A stretch of DNA of 64,000 bases from Eukaryota sp. GEM-RC1 (Eukaryota), in NCBI GenBank assembly GCA_040285855.1, contig JAUFOQ010000016.1:434001-498000 (forward strand). The letters run 5' to 3'. The notes beneath the pieces are model-generated. The model saw only the letters and a program-made list of their open reading frames with translations, made no database searches and was not told the origin of the DNA. Positions within the stretch are counted from its first letter, which is position 1. Each line of letters starts with the position of its first letter. A program made the translations under genes and the position numbers. This document shows, one piece after another, positions 12,437-26,259 of this stretch.

Positions 12437-14132
12437 TATTGTTCATTGTTTTTGATTAATTTAATTGTAAATCTACAGTTTTAATGTGTTCTTGTCGAAA
12501 TTAAATATTCATCTCTATACTATTCATTTAATTTTAAGGAATATCAACGGAGGTTTTTGGCCAGGGATTGAATACAATCCATTGTTCTTGTGTTAAAGTG
12601 TACATCCATATATTCCAGTCACATCGCTGAGTTCTTAACTGACTTAGTCCTATGGCTTAGCCAATCAGGCTTCCAGTTTGACAGTACTGTACAAACTGAC
12701 ATTTTCATTTGAAAAAACCCGGTTATCGTCATATTCTGAATTTAAGAGTCTTAAATCAAATCATGAATGTTCATCTTTGATGTTTTTGCGTCTAGTTTAG
12801 ACGGAAATATTGGTTCCTCTACCACTAGTAAGTAGTTTCTAAATATTTTCGAATGATTGGGTTCAAAATTTGGCAAGAATTGTTAACTTGCCGTACACGT
12901 AGAGTAGATCCTTTTCCGCTTTTTAAGTCAATGAACCGGTGTGTTGATCCAAAATGTCAAGTTTTTTCGTGGAAATTACTGCAGCTCGTTTGATAGTTTG
13001 TTTTAACTGTCTTTATTTACATTGAGCTTCTTGTTGAGTGTTTGTCTCACAAGAAGTTTGTCATCATCAAAGTCATGCAATTTGAACATTCAGTACTCTG
13101 ACCCATAGTTCAGTCGTGGCAATACATTTGAACCAAAACAAATGATTAATTTCTAATTCTAGAAAAAATAGACTCTACTTTTCTCTCCACATCAGGAATT
13201 CTAATATTCAATTTTGTCAGTGGCGATAGGAATAGTAGTAAAAATACATTTGACTGATTGACAAAGTAGAAATGCGCGTCACCAGCTTTTGTTAATCAGA
13301 TTGATAACTTCTTCATGGGTAATCATAGTATTGGTAAAATTACTGAGCAAATCAAAACAAAAGTTTGTCAAACAATCGACTTGAAAACATACAGCAAAAT
13401 GAAACAGTTCAAAAACATTAGTGATGTTAATTTCAATAACAACTTGCAGTAAAATAAGTCAAGTAATAACAATTCAAGAAGTTCGGGATGGAACTTAAAC
13501 TTTGAGAAAACTTTATGTCATTTTGAAACAGTTCAGTGTAGTTAGAACAATTGTATGCTGTTTGCTATTTAATCAATGTCTACATGAGCTTTCAGAGTTG
13601 TTTGAAAATGACAATATAAGTATTGCAATATATTGCAACAGTCTCATAATTGCAATAAATGTATTGGTACAGAGAACCTGGAACAATAAATATATATTGC
13701 ACTATATTGCAATTTATTGTAATACAATATATTTTTCGGTATCCCTGGAGAAAAGTATCGGTGTTAGTACTAGAACAGTGCCCCAAATAGATTTACCTTT
13801 TCTATGCAATTCAAAGACAACATTGATTCACTAGTGGTGTGGGGTTCTGTGTCTATTGAGACAGTATATTGTAGTGATTTCAGATCGTCTTTCAAAGAAA
13901 TTAACATTCAAAACCTTGAAAGAGCACAAGAACATGTCAAAATGTGATGACTCAGAAAAATGTCAAAAAGAAAAGAAGGGAAAAACGACAGACATCTGAA
14001 ACAAATACTCCAACATCAATAAACTATGATAGAAGTACACTCTGGGGGAGGTTAGTCGATATTGTTCAGGAAAAGGTACATCTAGATGTATGTGCTTTTT
14101 TCTCTTTCCTTAACTTCTTCTAAATCACACAT

Positions 14133-14474
14133 ATGACACACTCTATCCCGAAAAAACCCAAAAACGGTAAAGTATGGTCACGCCATCGACATACAGCGCC
14201 TATAGCAGAACTTTCACGATCCAAGCCTTTGAAGTCCTCCTTTGAACAAAAAATGAAACTTAAAGCTGAGAGACTGGAAATCACTGCTCGAGCTAAGGCC
14301 ATTCGTGAAGAAATGGAAGAAGCCAAGCGTTTGGCCCATGAACGTAGAAAGGAGAATGAGCGCCGCAAGAAAGAAAAGGACGCTAAGCCTCAATCGTTCC
14401 AGATTGTGACCAACACTACCAAACTCAAGAAAATAAAGAGACACCATCTTCACCAATACGTTACTGGTTTGTGA
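14133..14474 (+). CDS. CCDC86: CCDC86/Cgr1-family ribosome biogenesis protein
   Basis: PKNGKVW N-terminal motif, basic coiled coil and C-terminal FQIVTNTTKLKKIKR. Confidence 0.75.
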   Translation: MTHSIPKKPKNGKVWSRHRHTAPIAELSRSKPLKSSFEQKMKLKAERLEITARAKAIREEMEEAKRLAHERRKENERRKKEKDAKPQSFQIVTNTTKLKKIKRHHLHQYVTGL

Positions 14475-15181
14475 TCATCTTTTCTTGTTCAGTGGTTGGT
14501 TTCTTATCTGATCTCTAGTTTTCTTCTAATTTTCGGCTGTTTGTTCCGCCTCCTCCTCTTTCAGTAGTTCAATCTTCGAATCGAACATTCGTTCATCTTG
14601 GTATTTATATATAATCATTTCGTATCTTGTTTTCTTAACATTCTCTGTATTTTTAGTGGATACTATCGAGCGTTGAATCCGTCGATCTCATGATGATTTA
14701 CTCTTTTCCTATAGCAGTTTCTTCTAGACCCAAAGGCTACTAGAAGTCAATCAGATATGTTGGTCGAATACCAAATTGACACAGTTTAGGTACTTTAGTA
14801 GTATTTGGGAGTAATTTACTAGTTCATGTACAGTAGAAGAAAATCAAGTAATATATTACATTCCAATTTTGACATGAAAAGTGAGGTTCAAACTCAATTT
14901 GATGTCAGGTTCGCTACTCACTCTATGAATCTGCATTTATATACCTTCAACTCCGTGATCTGAAGATGTGACATTGAAAAATTTTCTGTTTTTGCGAGGA
15001 TTTCAAATGTCTAATTAATGATTGTTTGAATAAATTCAACCACCAATTCCAACAAATTGTTGAGTAGATTCCATTGCCCAGAATAAATGTAATTTAAAAA
15101 GTTAGGAACGTTGCAGTCCCCCACTACTATTTAATGTTATTGAACTTTTTCACAAATACTTTCACCCTTCATCAACTACAA

Positions 15182-16521
15182 ATGTCAATTTGTATTGAAA
15201 CGGCCTCAGCAATCAACTCCATATACAACAATTCCATCTATTCCGATCAAGAGCTTGTCTTTGATGACGAAACCATTAATGTTACTAAGGTGATTCTCGC
15301 CGCAAGTTCCACCACTTTCACTTCTCTTTGGTACCTTGAGTTCAAGGATCGACTAGAAAACCCCAATGACTTCTCTGATCTCAAAGTATCTTCCTCCTCT
15401 TTTGTTTCCTTCATCAAATCTTTTTACGGCTTTCCGGTCAGTCTTACCGACGACAACGCATACGACTTCTTCTACCTCGCCCACTACTTTCAAGCACCGC
15501 TACTTATCGATCAAGTTGAAGCTATACTCGCTACCAATCTTCAGAGGTGGTCATGGTTAAGAAGTTTCGTCACTATTGCCGATAAGAATGATGATCTCAG
15601 AGCTCTGGAGTTTGCTGGTCCTTATTTTGAAAAGGTTAAAGATATTGAAATTTCTAGTGGTTCTAATCTTAAAACAGAATCTTTTGGTGTTATAGTCAAA
15701 TTTTGTCGAGACAATCAATCACAGTCTTGGTTAATCAAATCAATCGTTGAATCAATCAAAAACTCGTCATTTGATACTGAACAATTTCCCACAATCCTTT
15801 ACAAAATGGAAGTCAAGCTTCTTTCCTACGCTGAATGGGATTCTCTACTGTTGGTACCATTGCAAGAAGTTAAAGAAGTTCGAACATACCTGATGGAATT
15901 CTTGTTTGACAAATTGAAATTTATATTTTTTGATTCTTTGAAAATTAAAAATCTTAGATTGGAGGAAGAAAATCAACTTTTGAACAAAACATTGATGGAA
16001 AAGAACAATTGATCGTAAAACAATCAAAATTGATTGAAGATTACGATCATCGTTATCCTGTTGTTAGATTTTCAACTACTGACAAACATCCTTCTTTCAC
16101 TGTTTCAAGTGACAGGATGAAGGCAGCGACGGGTCCGAGTGGTGCTCATAACATCCTTGGAGATTCACCTTTGCTACCAGGGAAAGTGTACAACTGGAAG
16201 GTTAGGATACAGGGTCCGAGTGGTTCTGGAGCAGCTGTAGGAGTTATTGATAGAAGCATGTTCGTTGCAGATCGGTATGTTGACAGCAAAGCTCATTGTA
16301 TCCGCCACACTGGTACTACTTATGGTTGTCTCTCCAAGGGAAGTGATGGATGGAAGAACAATGAAGTTCTCGAAATAACTGTCAACATGATTACCAACCT
16401 GATGACAATTAAATCTACTACCCATTCTTTAAACACATCAGGAAATCTGCCATCTGGAAGTAATTATTATCCCTTCTTTTATGGGTGTCAATCTGGTCAT
16501 CAATTTGAACTGATAGAATAG
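15182..16521 (+). CDS. BTB protein with C-terminal SPRY-like domain, one frame break near 16000
   Basis: BTB: YSDQELVFDDETINVTKVILAASSTTF...LAHYFQ. Overlapping ORF 16009-16521 has GKVYNWKVRI, GVID, YYPFF like the gene at 1610. One extra A in GAAAAG (15998-16003) would join them. Start is ATG 15182 or 15134. Confidence 0.75.
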
Positions 16522-16799
16522 CTAAAACTGCAAAGTGGGAATTGTGGAAACGCATCTAGATGTTCAAGCTGGGACTCACAATTCTTCGACATATCAATTG
16601 GTCTAGTACAACATTGCTGTTCAAAAAGTGAATAAGTCCACAAAACAAACAAATTCAACAAAAATTCATTTATCAGTAATACAATCAAACAGGATAAGTT
16701 CAAAGTGACAAAAACAATATGAAACAAAACAAACACAAATTTAAAATAATCTAATAACGCAATAACTGACTCAAAATTCCAATTATCCCACAAAAGAAC

Positions 16800-17110
16800 G
16801 TTCCCCAAACAATCAACAATCCCAACTGCTCTCTCATGACGTCAAAAAGCGCCCTGATTGGAACAATAAGAGTATTCATCCTTTTCACAAGACTGTAATT
16901 TGTCGCAAATCTTGTAGCAGCGGGAGTCAAAAATGTCTTATTAGGAGACAATTTTTTGAAAATAGCAAATACTGATGACTGGTTTTTAATGAACTGTGCC
17001 AGCTTTCTAGAATTAGAAATGATTGTCTTAATGGGCTCCATCTTCTGTAGATCCTCCAGAAGTAGATCTACACAGTGCGAATGGCAGCGGGTCCATACAA
17101 TTCGAGGATA
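16800..17110 (-). pseudogene. hAT (DUF659-type) transposase fragment
   Basis: IVWTRCHSHCVDLLLEDLQK and LTPAATRFATNY match the CxxH and TR(F/W) motifs of hAT transposases. Confidence 0.8.
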
Positions 17111-17212
17111 GGTCAGCAGATGACATTGTGTTTATAAAAGATGTTCTGAACACCAGTATTTGTAATATCTTTAATTATAGGAAATGGTCATTCATCAAAG
17201 GGATAATAGTGG

Positions 17213-17290
17213 ACATTTGTATCTACAACATTTGGTGATACAACATTTGTAACTAACTACAACATTTGTCATGACAACATTTGTAACACA
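17213..17290. repeat. Cluster of ACAACATTTG motifs, probably a transposon subterminal array
   Basis: Four copies of ACAACATTTG plus one partial copy, at 13-18 bp spacing. Confidence 0.6.
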
Positions 17291-17430
17291 AGATGTGTAA
17301 TACAAAAGAAGATGAAACTATCAAAATTACCTATATTTTCCTCTATTTTTCAAAATTAAATACAATTCAAATAAAACACACTTACCAGTCTTTTCATCAT
17401 GTTCAAATACTCTTTCAAAACATGAAACAA

Positions 17431-19430
17431 TTCCACAACTAGAAGCACATCACTACAATAACGTTCATCAACATTATCCCTACTAATCACATCGGTAATG
17501 TAACAGTTTCTTATTGTTTTCACTTCCATACAAGAATCAGATCCAATACAATCTAGTACATTATCGACAATTGACTGAATTCCAATAGTTAAGTCCACTC
17601 TCAATTGTTTTGAAGTAGCAACACGATCATACTCCAAAATAGGTGACAGTGATATTGTTCCATAAGTCACATTGTCAGTTTGTTGATATTCACATATGGA
17701 ATTACAATTTTTAATGTCAACAATACTTTCAGTTTGAACTTTCTTGAGACAAAATCGTTTTTCATTATCAATATGAGGAAATACAAGGGTACTTTTTCTT
17801 TCCACACCAGCATTAATGTTCTTTTTTAATCATAAATTCTTCGTTGGTAAAGGGGTTTTCTTCAAACGGGGAAGTGATGGTAGAATACTTTTGCTTCGTG
17901 GTAACTGAGGAAGTTTAGACTTATTCACACCATAGATGTACTTCACATCAATTTTGTTCTGTTCTGTGATTTGTGATCACAAATCACAATCACAATCACA
18001 CGTGATATAAAATGTGTACTCTTTATAACTGATATCAAAAATTATGATGTTGTAACTTATCTCCCGACACTTTAGGCCCCAACAACAGACAGTTAAACAG
18101 TTGCTGATTTATGACGAACTGGAAAAACAATATTTTTGAAGCTACTTTAGTTCATCAATTGTCGACTAATTATTTTTACTAATTTTTCCTGTTGGACAAC
18201 TCAGTGTTTCCTCCACATTGGCATCATCCTCGTCTGATTCAAACACAAAATGCGCAGGGTTTTCATTTGTAATGTCATTTATTATACTTTGAACATACAT
18301 CTCACTAAGATCAACATTTAAAGATTCGTCGCCCTTCTCTACTTATTCATCTTCCATGAATGTATTAAATTGTGCGAAATTCTGATTTCTTTCTTCTTGC
18401 TTCAATAGAGGTAGGATAAAATATACTCAATTCCACAACTAGAAGCACATCACTACAATAACGTTCATCAACATTATCCCTACTAATCACATCGGTAATG
18501 TAACAGTTTCTTATTGTTTTCACTTCCATACAAGAATCAGATCCAATACAATCTAGTACATTATCGACAATTGACTGAATTCCAATAGTTAAGTCCACTC
18601 TCAATTGTTTTGAAGTAGCAACACGATCATACTCCAAAATAGGTGACAGTGATATTGTTCCATAAGTCACATTGTCAGTTTGTTGATATTAACATATGGA
18701 ATTACAATTTTTAATGTCAACAATACTTTCAGTTTGAACTTTCTTGAGACAAAATCGTTTTTCATTATCAATATGAGGAAATACAAGGGTACTTTTTCTT
18801 TCCACACCAGCATTAATGTTCTTTTTTAATCATAAATTCTTCGTTGGTAAAGGGGTTTTCTTCAAACGGGGAAGTGATGGTAGAATACTTTTGCTTCGTG
18901 GTAACTGAGGAAGTTTAGACTTATTCACACCATAGTTGTACTTCACATCAATTTTGTTCTGTTCTGTGATTTGTGATCACAAATCACAATCACAATCACA
19001 CGTGATATGAAATGTGTACTCTTTATAACTGATATCAAAAATTATGATGTTGTAACTTATCTCCCGACACTTTAGGCCCCAACAACAGACAGTTAAACAG
19101 TTGCTGATTTATGACGAACTGGAAAAACAATATTTTTGAAGCTACTTTAGTTCATCAATTGCCGACTAATTATTTTTACTAATTTTTCCTGTTGGACAAC
19201 TCAGTGTTTCCTCCACATTGGCATCATCCTCGTCTGATTCAAACACAAAATGCGCAGGGTTTTCATTTGTAATGTCATTTATTATACTTTGAACATACAT
19301 CTCACTAAGATCAACATTTAAAGATTCGTCACCCTTCTCTACTTATTCATCTTCCATGAATGTATTAAATTGTGCGAAATTCTGATTTCTTTCTTCTTGC
19401 TTCAATAGAGGTAGGATAAAATATACTCAA
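17431..19430. repeat. Direct tandem duplication with a 1000-bp unit
   Basis: 17431-18430 matches 18431-19430. By eye I found five substitutions and no indels. CAA microhomology at the junction. Confidence 0.95.
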
Positions 19431-19910
19431 ATGACATCATCTATAGGATTTTCAGACATATTTTATCACAATTTGAAAAAGCAAAAATCTAATTCTTGTG
19501 GTGCAGAATGAGAATCAGCCACTCCAACATGACAACAAGTAGCTAGAGGAATGAAGGAGGACCAAAACTTTGTATTTTTGTGGGTCTTAGTATTTACTGA
19601 AAAAAACTTGCAATTTCCTTCATAGTGAACCCTCTATAAGAATATGATGTCCTCTCTGGTCTGTAAACAACCCAAACAATTGACTTGTCATGTTAATCTG
19701 CATTTGTTATAAATACCTAGATTTTATTTACTAGTTACGAAACCCCTTAGCTTTTTAACTTGCATTTATTTGACTAACATCTGACAAATAAACAAAATAG
19801 CAACCAAGTTTAGTGTGAATAATTGTGATCACACATCACAATTGTGATCACAATAATTCGACCATTTCTACACTTTGTGATCACAGTGTGATTTGTGAAG
19901 TACAATTATG
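18931..19910. mobile_element. hAT-type MITE, 980 bp; left half duplicated at 17931-18430
   Basis: TIR CATA(G/A)TTGTACTTCACA. 8-bp TSD ATTCACAC at 18923-18930 and 19911-19918. Subterminal TGTGATCACA palindromes. Confidence 0.9.
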
Positions 19911-21432
19911 ATTCACACACATCTCAGGTGATTTTTTGTTAAAAATTGAGTCACAATTAATCAATTTGGGAGGAATATTAGTTTCAACTTCTTCATCATT
20001 TACAACAAAATCATCTAAACTTGTTGAAATTGTATCACTATCAGATTCATCACCAGGATTGGATCCTGATAGTTCAGCTTCTGTTTCAAATAAATTTGGG
20101 ATGAAAATGACTGTGGTTGAGCTTTGCTAAAGGGAAGCCCTTCACAAACAGGTCTGCCTGTCTATATACCAACTTGTTTGTAAATGGCTTAAAGCTCTAG
20201 AGAACGACTCTGCATCAATGTTCACTCTTTCTATTTCAGAAACAGAATCTTTCTTAAGCCGGGTTTTTTGGATATTGTTCATACAAATTACCTCAGTATT
20301 TATTTGTCCCTCCCTCCTCACTCTTCAAACACTTCAGCCTCTTTTTCTAATTTAGGAACTTTTATCCTGAAGTTCTTGGATTAATTCTGATAAGAACCAG
20401 TTGACTCTCTTGTCTGCGGATCTGAACAGTTGTAGAGTCATTATCAGTGTGTTTCCTCTTCAATTTGCCCTTGTTTGAATATCATCCTTTTTGTGGTGTT
20501 GAAACAATAATTCTTAGTGGGTATTACGGCATGTATGGCCAGCGTTGTTCACTCTTTTAGATCTTTTCCCATTCCTGGTTACTCTCTAGTTTTCTCCACT
20601 GATTTCTGCACGTCTTCTTTGCTCATTTGCTTAATTTCGTTGAAGAATCTTCATTTAACTCTAAAGACTTGTTTGTTGATAGTAGAACTATCGGCCGTAG
20701 GTTCCTGATTTTCTGCTCGAATTATTCCACAATTTTTATAATGATTCTACCAGATAGTATTCGGAATTTGAATTTAATATAACGAATGGACCACAGAATA
20801 TAAGGGAATGTACGCTGTCAAGGCACTTTTATATAGTCCTAGAGTATCTTCTTCATTCAAGAGCGAAGTTATAACATGCACCAGGATCCGCCCTTTGAAG
20901 GTATGGTAGTTTTAGCTTTGCGCGCGAGGTTCCTTCTCCAGTTCAGCTCACTCAGCGTACTCTGGGGCCATAAAACTCTTGTTATCAACTGCACCTGGAA
21001 AATAATACCTCCTTGTAGATTAAAGTTGGTATCATTGTCCAACAAACCATGAATTCTCTCACCAAAGTTTATGTACTTATACTTAGAATTGTCTTCGTAG
21101 GAATATAGCTCCAATCAAGGAGTATCAGATGCCTTATCTGTATTAAGATCGAGTGTAGATTGAAAATGTGGTCCCTAATCATATGATTTCCAAAAGAGTT
21201 TTCTTAGACGGAGTCTTGTTCTTTTTCTTCAGAAGATACCGAGAGGTTCTTGAAACGTTCTGATTCTCTGTCTGATTGGTCATAAACTGAATCCGAGACA
21301 AAGAGTTCTCCTTCAGTAGTACCATTCAGATCCTAAGGTTGTCCTTTCATTGATTCTCTGAACATTGTTCTTCCGATCCTTTCTGTATTCCACCAGTATG
21401 GATGTGTTTGTGTGTGTATTTGTATCTTAATA

Positions 21433-22424
21433 CAGTCTTCCCTCGGTTTAGTGCCGCTGTTTGGACCGGCACTAAATCGAGGTCGGCACTAAATCGAGGG
21501 TTTGTTCCGTGCGGTGTGAACAGACGATGATGGATGTTTATTGTTATGTGAAATAAAAGCTATGACTGACATGCATCTACTGATGATACTAGTGGGGGAC
21601 CATTGGCAATCATATGGGAGAGAAAGGGTTTCAAGTAAAAGGCAATGACACATTGAGAATTTTGACATCATTCATGATGTTTTAGCGAACAACGAAGAGC
21701 TAGAAATGAAGTTTACCAGACCAACAAGTACATCTGAGATCACTGAAGAAGTATCAGCCCAGAAACAGAAAGCTCGGAGAAGACAAAATCTCCTCCCAAA
21801 GAAAGAAATTGAAAGGAGAAATCAGATGAGAACGTTGTGTAGAAAGCGTTTGAAGGAATGAAAACGGAGATAGACATGCGAAATCCGTCAACGAAGAGGA
21901 AGAACATGTGGTTGCCTTCAAGACGAAGGATCTTCTAACCCCTGAGGGGGTATATGGGTTCATTCAACGTTCTTGGTGCCTTCTTCCTCCAGCAAAACGT
22001 TTCTACTAAAGCCGTCGTCCGGTCACCGCGGAAAATGTTCCCGTTGAGTCCAAATTGAATACATTCCCAAATCTACCCTTATATATATCAAAACAGAGGA
22101 TGAGAACAGAGGAAGAAAGGAAGTGGGACATTTTTGGAGTGATTTGGTGTAGAGTGTGTCTAGATAACACAGACGACTCTTTGTACAGCATTTTCAGAAG
22201 GAAAGTGTGTGAAGAGAAGAAAAGGTTAATGTTGGGCTCCAAATGTGAAGCCAAAGACTAAAGAATGTCAGCGTGTTTATTGTACATATAGATAGACAGG
22301 AGATCGATCGAGCAACGGTCGATAGAGAAGGAAAGATCGATCGACAAATGTTTGGAAGCGAAAATTTGGCACTAAACCGAGGTGTGGCACTAAACCGAGG
22401 TGGCACTAAACCGAGGGAAGACTG
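21433..22424. mobile_element. pogo/Tigger-like (Tc1-mariner) non-autonomous element, 992 bp
   Basis: Perfect 23-bp TIR CAGTCTTCCCTCGGTTTAGTGCC, TA on both flanks, repeated GGCACTAAA(C/T)CGAGG subterminal motifs. Confidence 0.92.
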
Positions 22425-23574
22425 TAGACTGTTTTCTATAACATAAACCTCTTTTTGACATCACTGTCTTCTGGCTGATAAAATCTCAATTTCTTCCCCG
22501 ACCACAGCTGGACTGTATGGACTCGCCAATCATTAGTTTTAATGACATACCCACATATTTCTCTGCTCAGCAACGGCTGAGAAAACTGTTTTATTATTTT
22601 TTACCTCTAACTTCCACAAACCACAGTTTAATTTGGTGGACGGCAATTGGCTTCTTTCTACTCAAAACTGAAAAAGCAAACAACTCTTGGAAATGTTGAC
22701 GTCGTCGTCAAAATTGTTTTTACACTGATGAATTTTCAGCAAGTTCAACAAATAATAAACTATATATTTATCTGTATCTTCTTTATCTCCACAGGTTAGT
22801 GCAGTTTTGAACCTCATTCATGACGATAAACTAACCGTCCATTTAAAAGAACCTTCGAATCGACAAAAGATTCCAGTAGACATAACTGATATGGAAAACC
22901 AACAATATCGCAATTTGGCTTCAAATGTTTGTGTCATTCCTACACTTCTTTCCCCGAATGACTGCTCTAACTCTGGACTTGTAGTGATCAAAATACGTAA
23001 CCCAATTGAAAGTTCATGGGCCAAGCTGTTTCGAGTCTGGGTTCTTAATTGAAACAGAACATTTAGTTCTACCAACACTAAATGAAGCACGTACATCATG
23101 ACGTAATACAACGTGATGAAATATGTACAATAAAGTTCTTATCTTCTTAATTTTGTGTCAACGCTGGCCTACAATGTTTACTTTACAATTTCTCGAAACA
23201 AACTTTTACCATTGACATTATTGCCTCTTACTGTCATGAAATGGTGTTTAATCAGAGTTTTTTTGGGAAGAGCGGTTTGTAGATGAAGTAACAAGACTCG
23301 TACAAACTGATGTTCCAGATCTAAGATCGTCAAAATCCTTAAATCCAGATCCTATTTCATCGAGTTAAAGAAAATTAAACAAGTGCCGATGAGTTAGAAC
23401 TGTGTATTACAGTAGTTCATATATACTATTAAAGAAATAGAGACATTGATTCAGTGACACCAGAACCATTGTCCATCAACAAGTACTTCAAGTGTGTCAA
23501 AAAATACAGACGATTTTCCAAATGTGTTCAATTTGATCACAATTTAAAATAGTTCTCAATAATATCAACTTGTA

Positions 23575-23920
23575 TTACAACGATGTTGCTAAGCTCAATC
23601 AACATTCATGAATTCGAAAATTGTATTTGCTCCATTTGCCATTTCTATTTTCGGTACCATTGGTGAAATGGCTTCTCAGTTTTTAACTGAATTTCGATCT
23701 ATGTGTAAGTCTCAGAATAAAAGATTTCGCTCTTCAAAAATTGATGAGTAAAATCTTGTGAGTGAAATCTTCGTGTCATCCGTTCGATGCCTAATTTTAT
23801 TAAATCAATTATCACAAAGTTGTGTAAGAATTGTGGCACTGTTGACCAGGAATTGTCTGTGTCTAGTGTTTCGTAGCTTTTATTTTGATACGTTTTGTGT
23901 CCCATTCATCTATAAACAGT
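23575..23920 (+). mobile_element. RLE-type non-LTR retrotransposon 3' fragment
   Basis: Translates FAPFAISIFGTIGEMASQFLTEF. Homologous to 27815-28120 (+) and 30330-30745 (-). Confidence 0.65.
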
Positions 23921-26259
23921 GTTTTTCTTCTCAATAGTAAAAACTACATTTATTGTTCTAAATAGTGTAGAACTTTTTTACAATTCTCAAACCTGGGTTT
24001 GAACCTGAAGAATGAAATCATAGAGCTTTCAAACTACGATAATGCTACTTATGATGTTTTTCAGAAGAGATGGATTCTGACTGAAAAGAGACCTAATGTT
24101 TCCTTACAGCTAAGTAAGTTTCAATCAAAAGTAAGCTCTTCCATCAGCTATTGTGATAACTACAGATCCCAGACCATCTTTTAACTTGTTTCAACAGGAT
24201 GGTTGCTTTCCGAACACCAACTTTAAGGTTCTTTCACAACAGTATTCAATTCTTCGCGGAGTTTTAGGTGTTTTTGCTTGTTAGAACATTCCTATCAATG
24301 AAATTGAACAGACTTTTTGAATAAAGAACACCGCAAGACACACATTGAGAAGCAAATAAACCTCTGAGGAAAAAGATCATCTTTTTATTCGTGAAGAGGA
24401 TCCTAGTAATAACTTAAAACACAACATGACTGAAAAGCTGTTAACGTGTCTATTTGAGATATTATCTCGTTATCAACAAGAATTTACCAGTAGCCATTAT
24501 AAGAAGTAATTAGATTGACTTTTTACTTATTTACTTGGCTCTTATATGCCCTTACCCCAAGATCTAATAGCAGCCCTTGGGTTTTACTTACTGCTATGTG
24601 GAATCATTCACATCCAATGTCGAAAACAGACCTACTTGAAGCAGCTCCCAAGCCCAATAGAAACTTTTCAAAATCTAAATGGATTGAAGCTTCCAATCTT
24701 ATCAGCAAAAGTATGGTTGTAGAAAAAGAGACTTTACTCCTAAACTTCTGAAGGACTAGAAGTCATTAAAAGAGCTCAAGCCACTTTGAACAGCAAAAAT
24801 TCTCTCTCTTTACAACAATCAGCACAACTATAAAAAAATAGCTGCTCTAAAAAGGAGTAACAAATCGAAGAAGAAAAAAGTCAATTGTTGTGCTACTCAG
24901 AACTAAGTAAACTATTTAAATTTTTACTGTCTGGGAATCCACGATAGGCAATATGCTCTGTTTTGATCTCGAACATTTTAAGAAAAGAAGAATGATTCAT
25001 CAACTGGTGTAGTACAACTGGTATACAAAGTCGAGTAAAATGTACATTTCGAATCAGTCTCAGCTATTCAATGTTTTAGAAGACTGTCCAGCCCGTACTG
25101 ACATTAACCAGACATTAACGTTGAGTTCAAGACATTTTTTTAACAAACTTTTGTCCCGGTGAAGTATGTCGAAAAAGATACATCACGTAGCTCTCGACTT
25201 TCACTTTCCAAATGTTGACCATGCTGACTTGCTAAAATGCTTTCAAACATATTTTGTAAATTATGAGCATTGATCTAACCGTCCAGGAAATAGTGATGGA
25301 TGTTTTGACTTTTCACACATATTTTGCAAATTCCTGTAGATATGGAAGCATTGTCTTTTACCAGGACATTGGCACAAAGATTGTTTGTTTCAGAAAAATA
25401 AACTAAAATATGCGAATGTTTTCTTATGTTTAAACAACGATTTCTTATATTCAGGTATTAGTGCTTTGTCAAACCTCAGAAACAAATGGCATTTTTGATT
25501 GGTTATTGTAGTTATTTCTTTTCTGAAATTAATTTTGATTGCGATATGCTTTTGTTTTTAACGGGTACATTGAAATTTATATATTTGACGGATTTCAGAT
25601 GTTTTGAAGATTTTCTGATAAAGATTAATTGTAACATTGGATTGGATGCAGGAAATTACTTCCCACATTCATTGAATTCCATGTGTGTTTTCAAATACAT
25701 GTCGTTTGTGGTCTGGATCTCCGATCAACTGGGTTCCTGTGTAGAGTCAAAGAATGGATTTGAACAACTGTAGCAACAGGTTACTAGGGTGGTGAACGAG
25801 GGTGGGTATGATGCAATGAGTTGATGAGGTTAAAGTAATGGCCAAAAGCAGGTTACTTACCATCTTTTAGAAATAGGTCAAAATTCAAGGAGAATCTCGT
25901 TGACTCAACCGGATTTCTGTTGTATCTCGTCATACTTCAAGATACGAACTCAGCAGCCAACTCCTTGCTCTTTAAGGCTATCTCCTACATGTGAAAAACT
26001 TGTATATGTGCTTTAATCCTTTTGTTCTTTCGTCAATCTCGTCTTATCTAGAAAATGTCAACATCTGACTAACACAACTACTTCATTACCCACACCTCCT
26101 CTTCACATCATCTACGTCTTGCCACTTCCTTTGTGTTTGCTTCACCCTCAACCCCAACAACACGCTAGATTAACCAAAACAATGGCTGTTCCGAACTCTC
26201 TTCTCCACGTACACTGGCGTGGTTCATTCTTCAATCTTTTTTTAGTCTCACTGAATAAT

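Noticed and set aside
13600..13750. TATTGCAATA palindrome cluster ending in TATCCCTG, a possible hAT end
   Set aside because: No matching opposite TIR with a TSD was found.
20100..20880. Possible LTR plus gag relic on the minus strand, partly repeated near 32670
   Set aside because: No second LTR, no clear PBS and no diagnostic peptide motif.
21433..22424. CRISPR-like appearance of GGCACTAAACCGAGG repeats (also at 17213 and 62030)
   Set aside because: No regular unique spacers, no cas genes and a eukaryotic context. They are best explained as transposon subterminal repeats.
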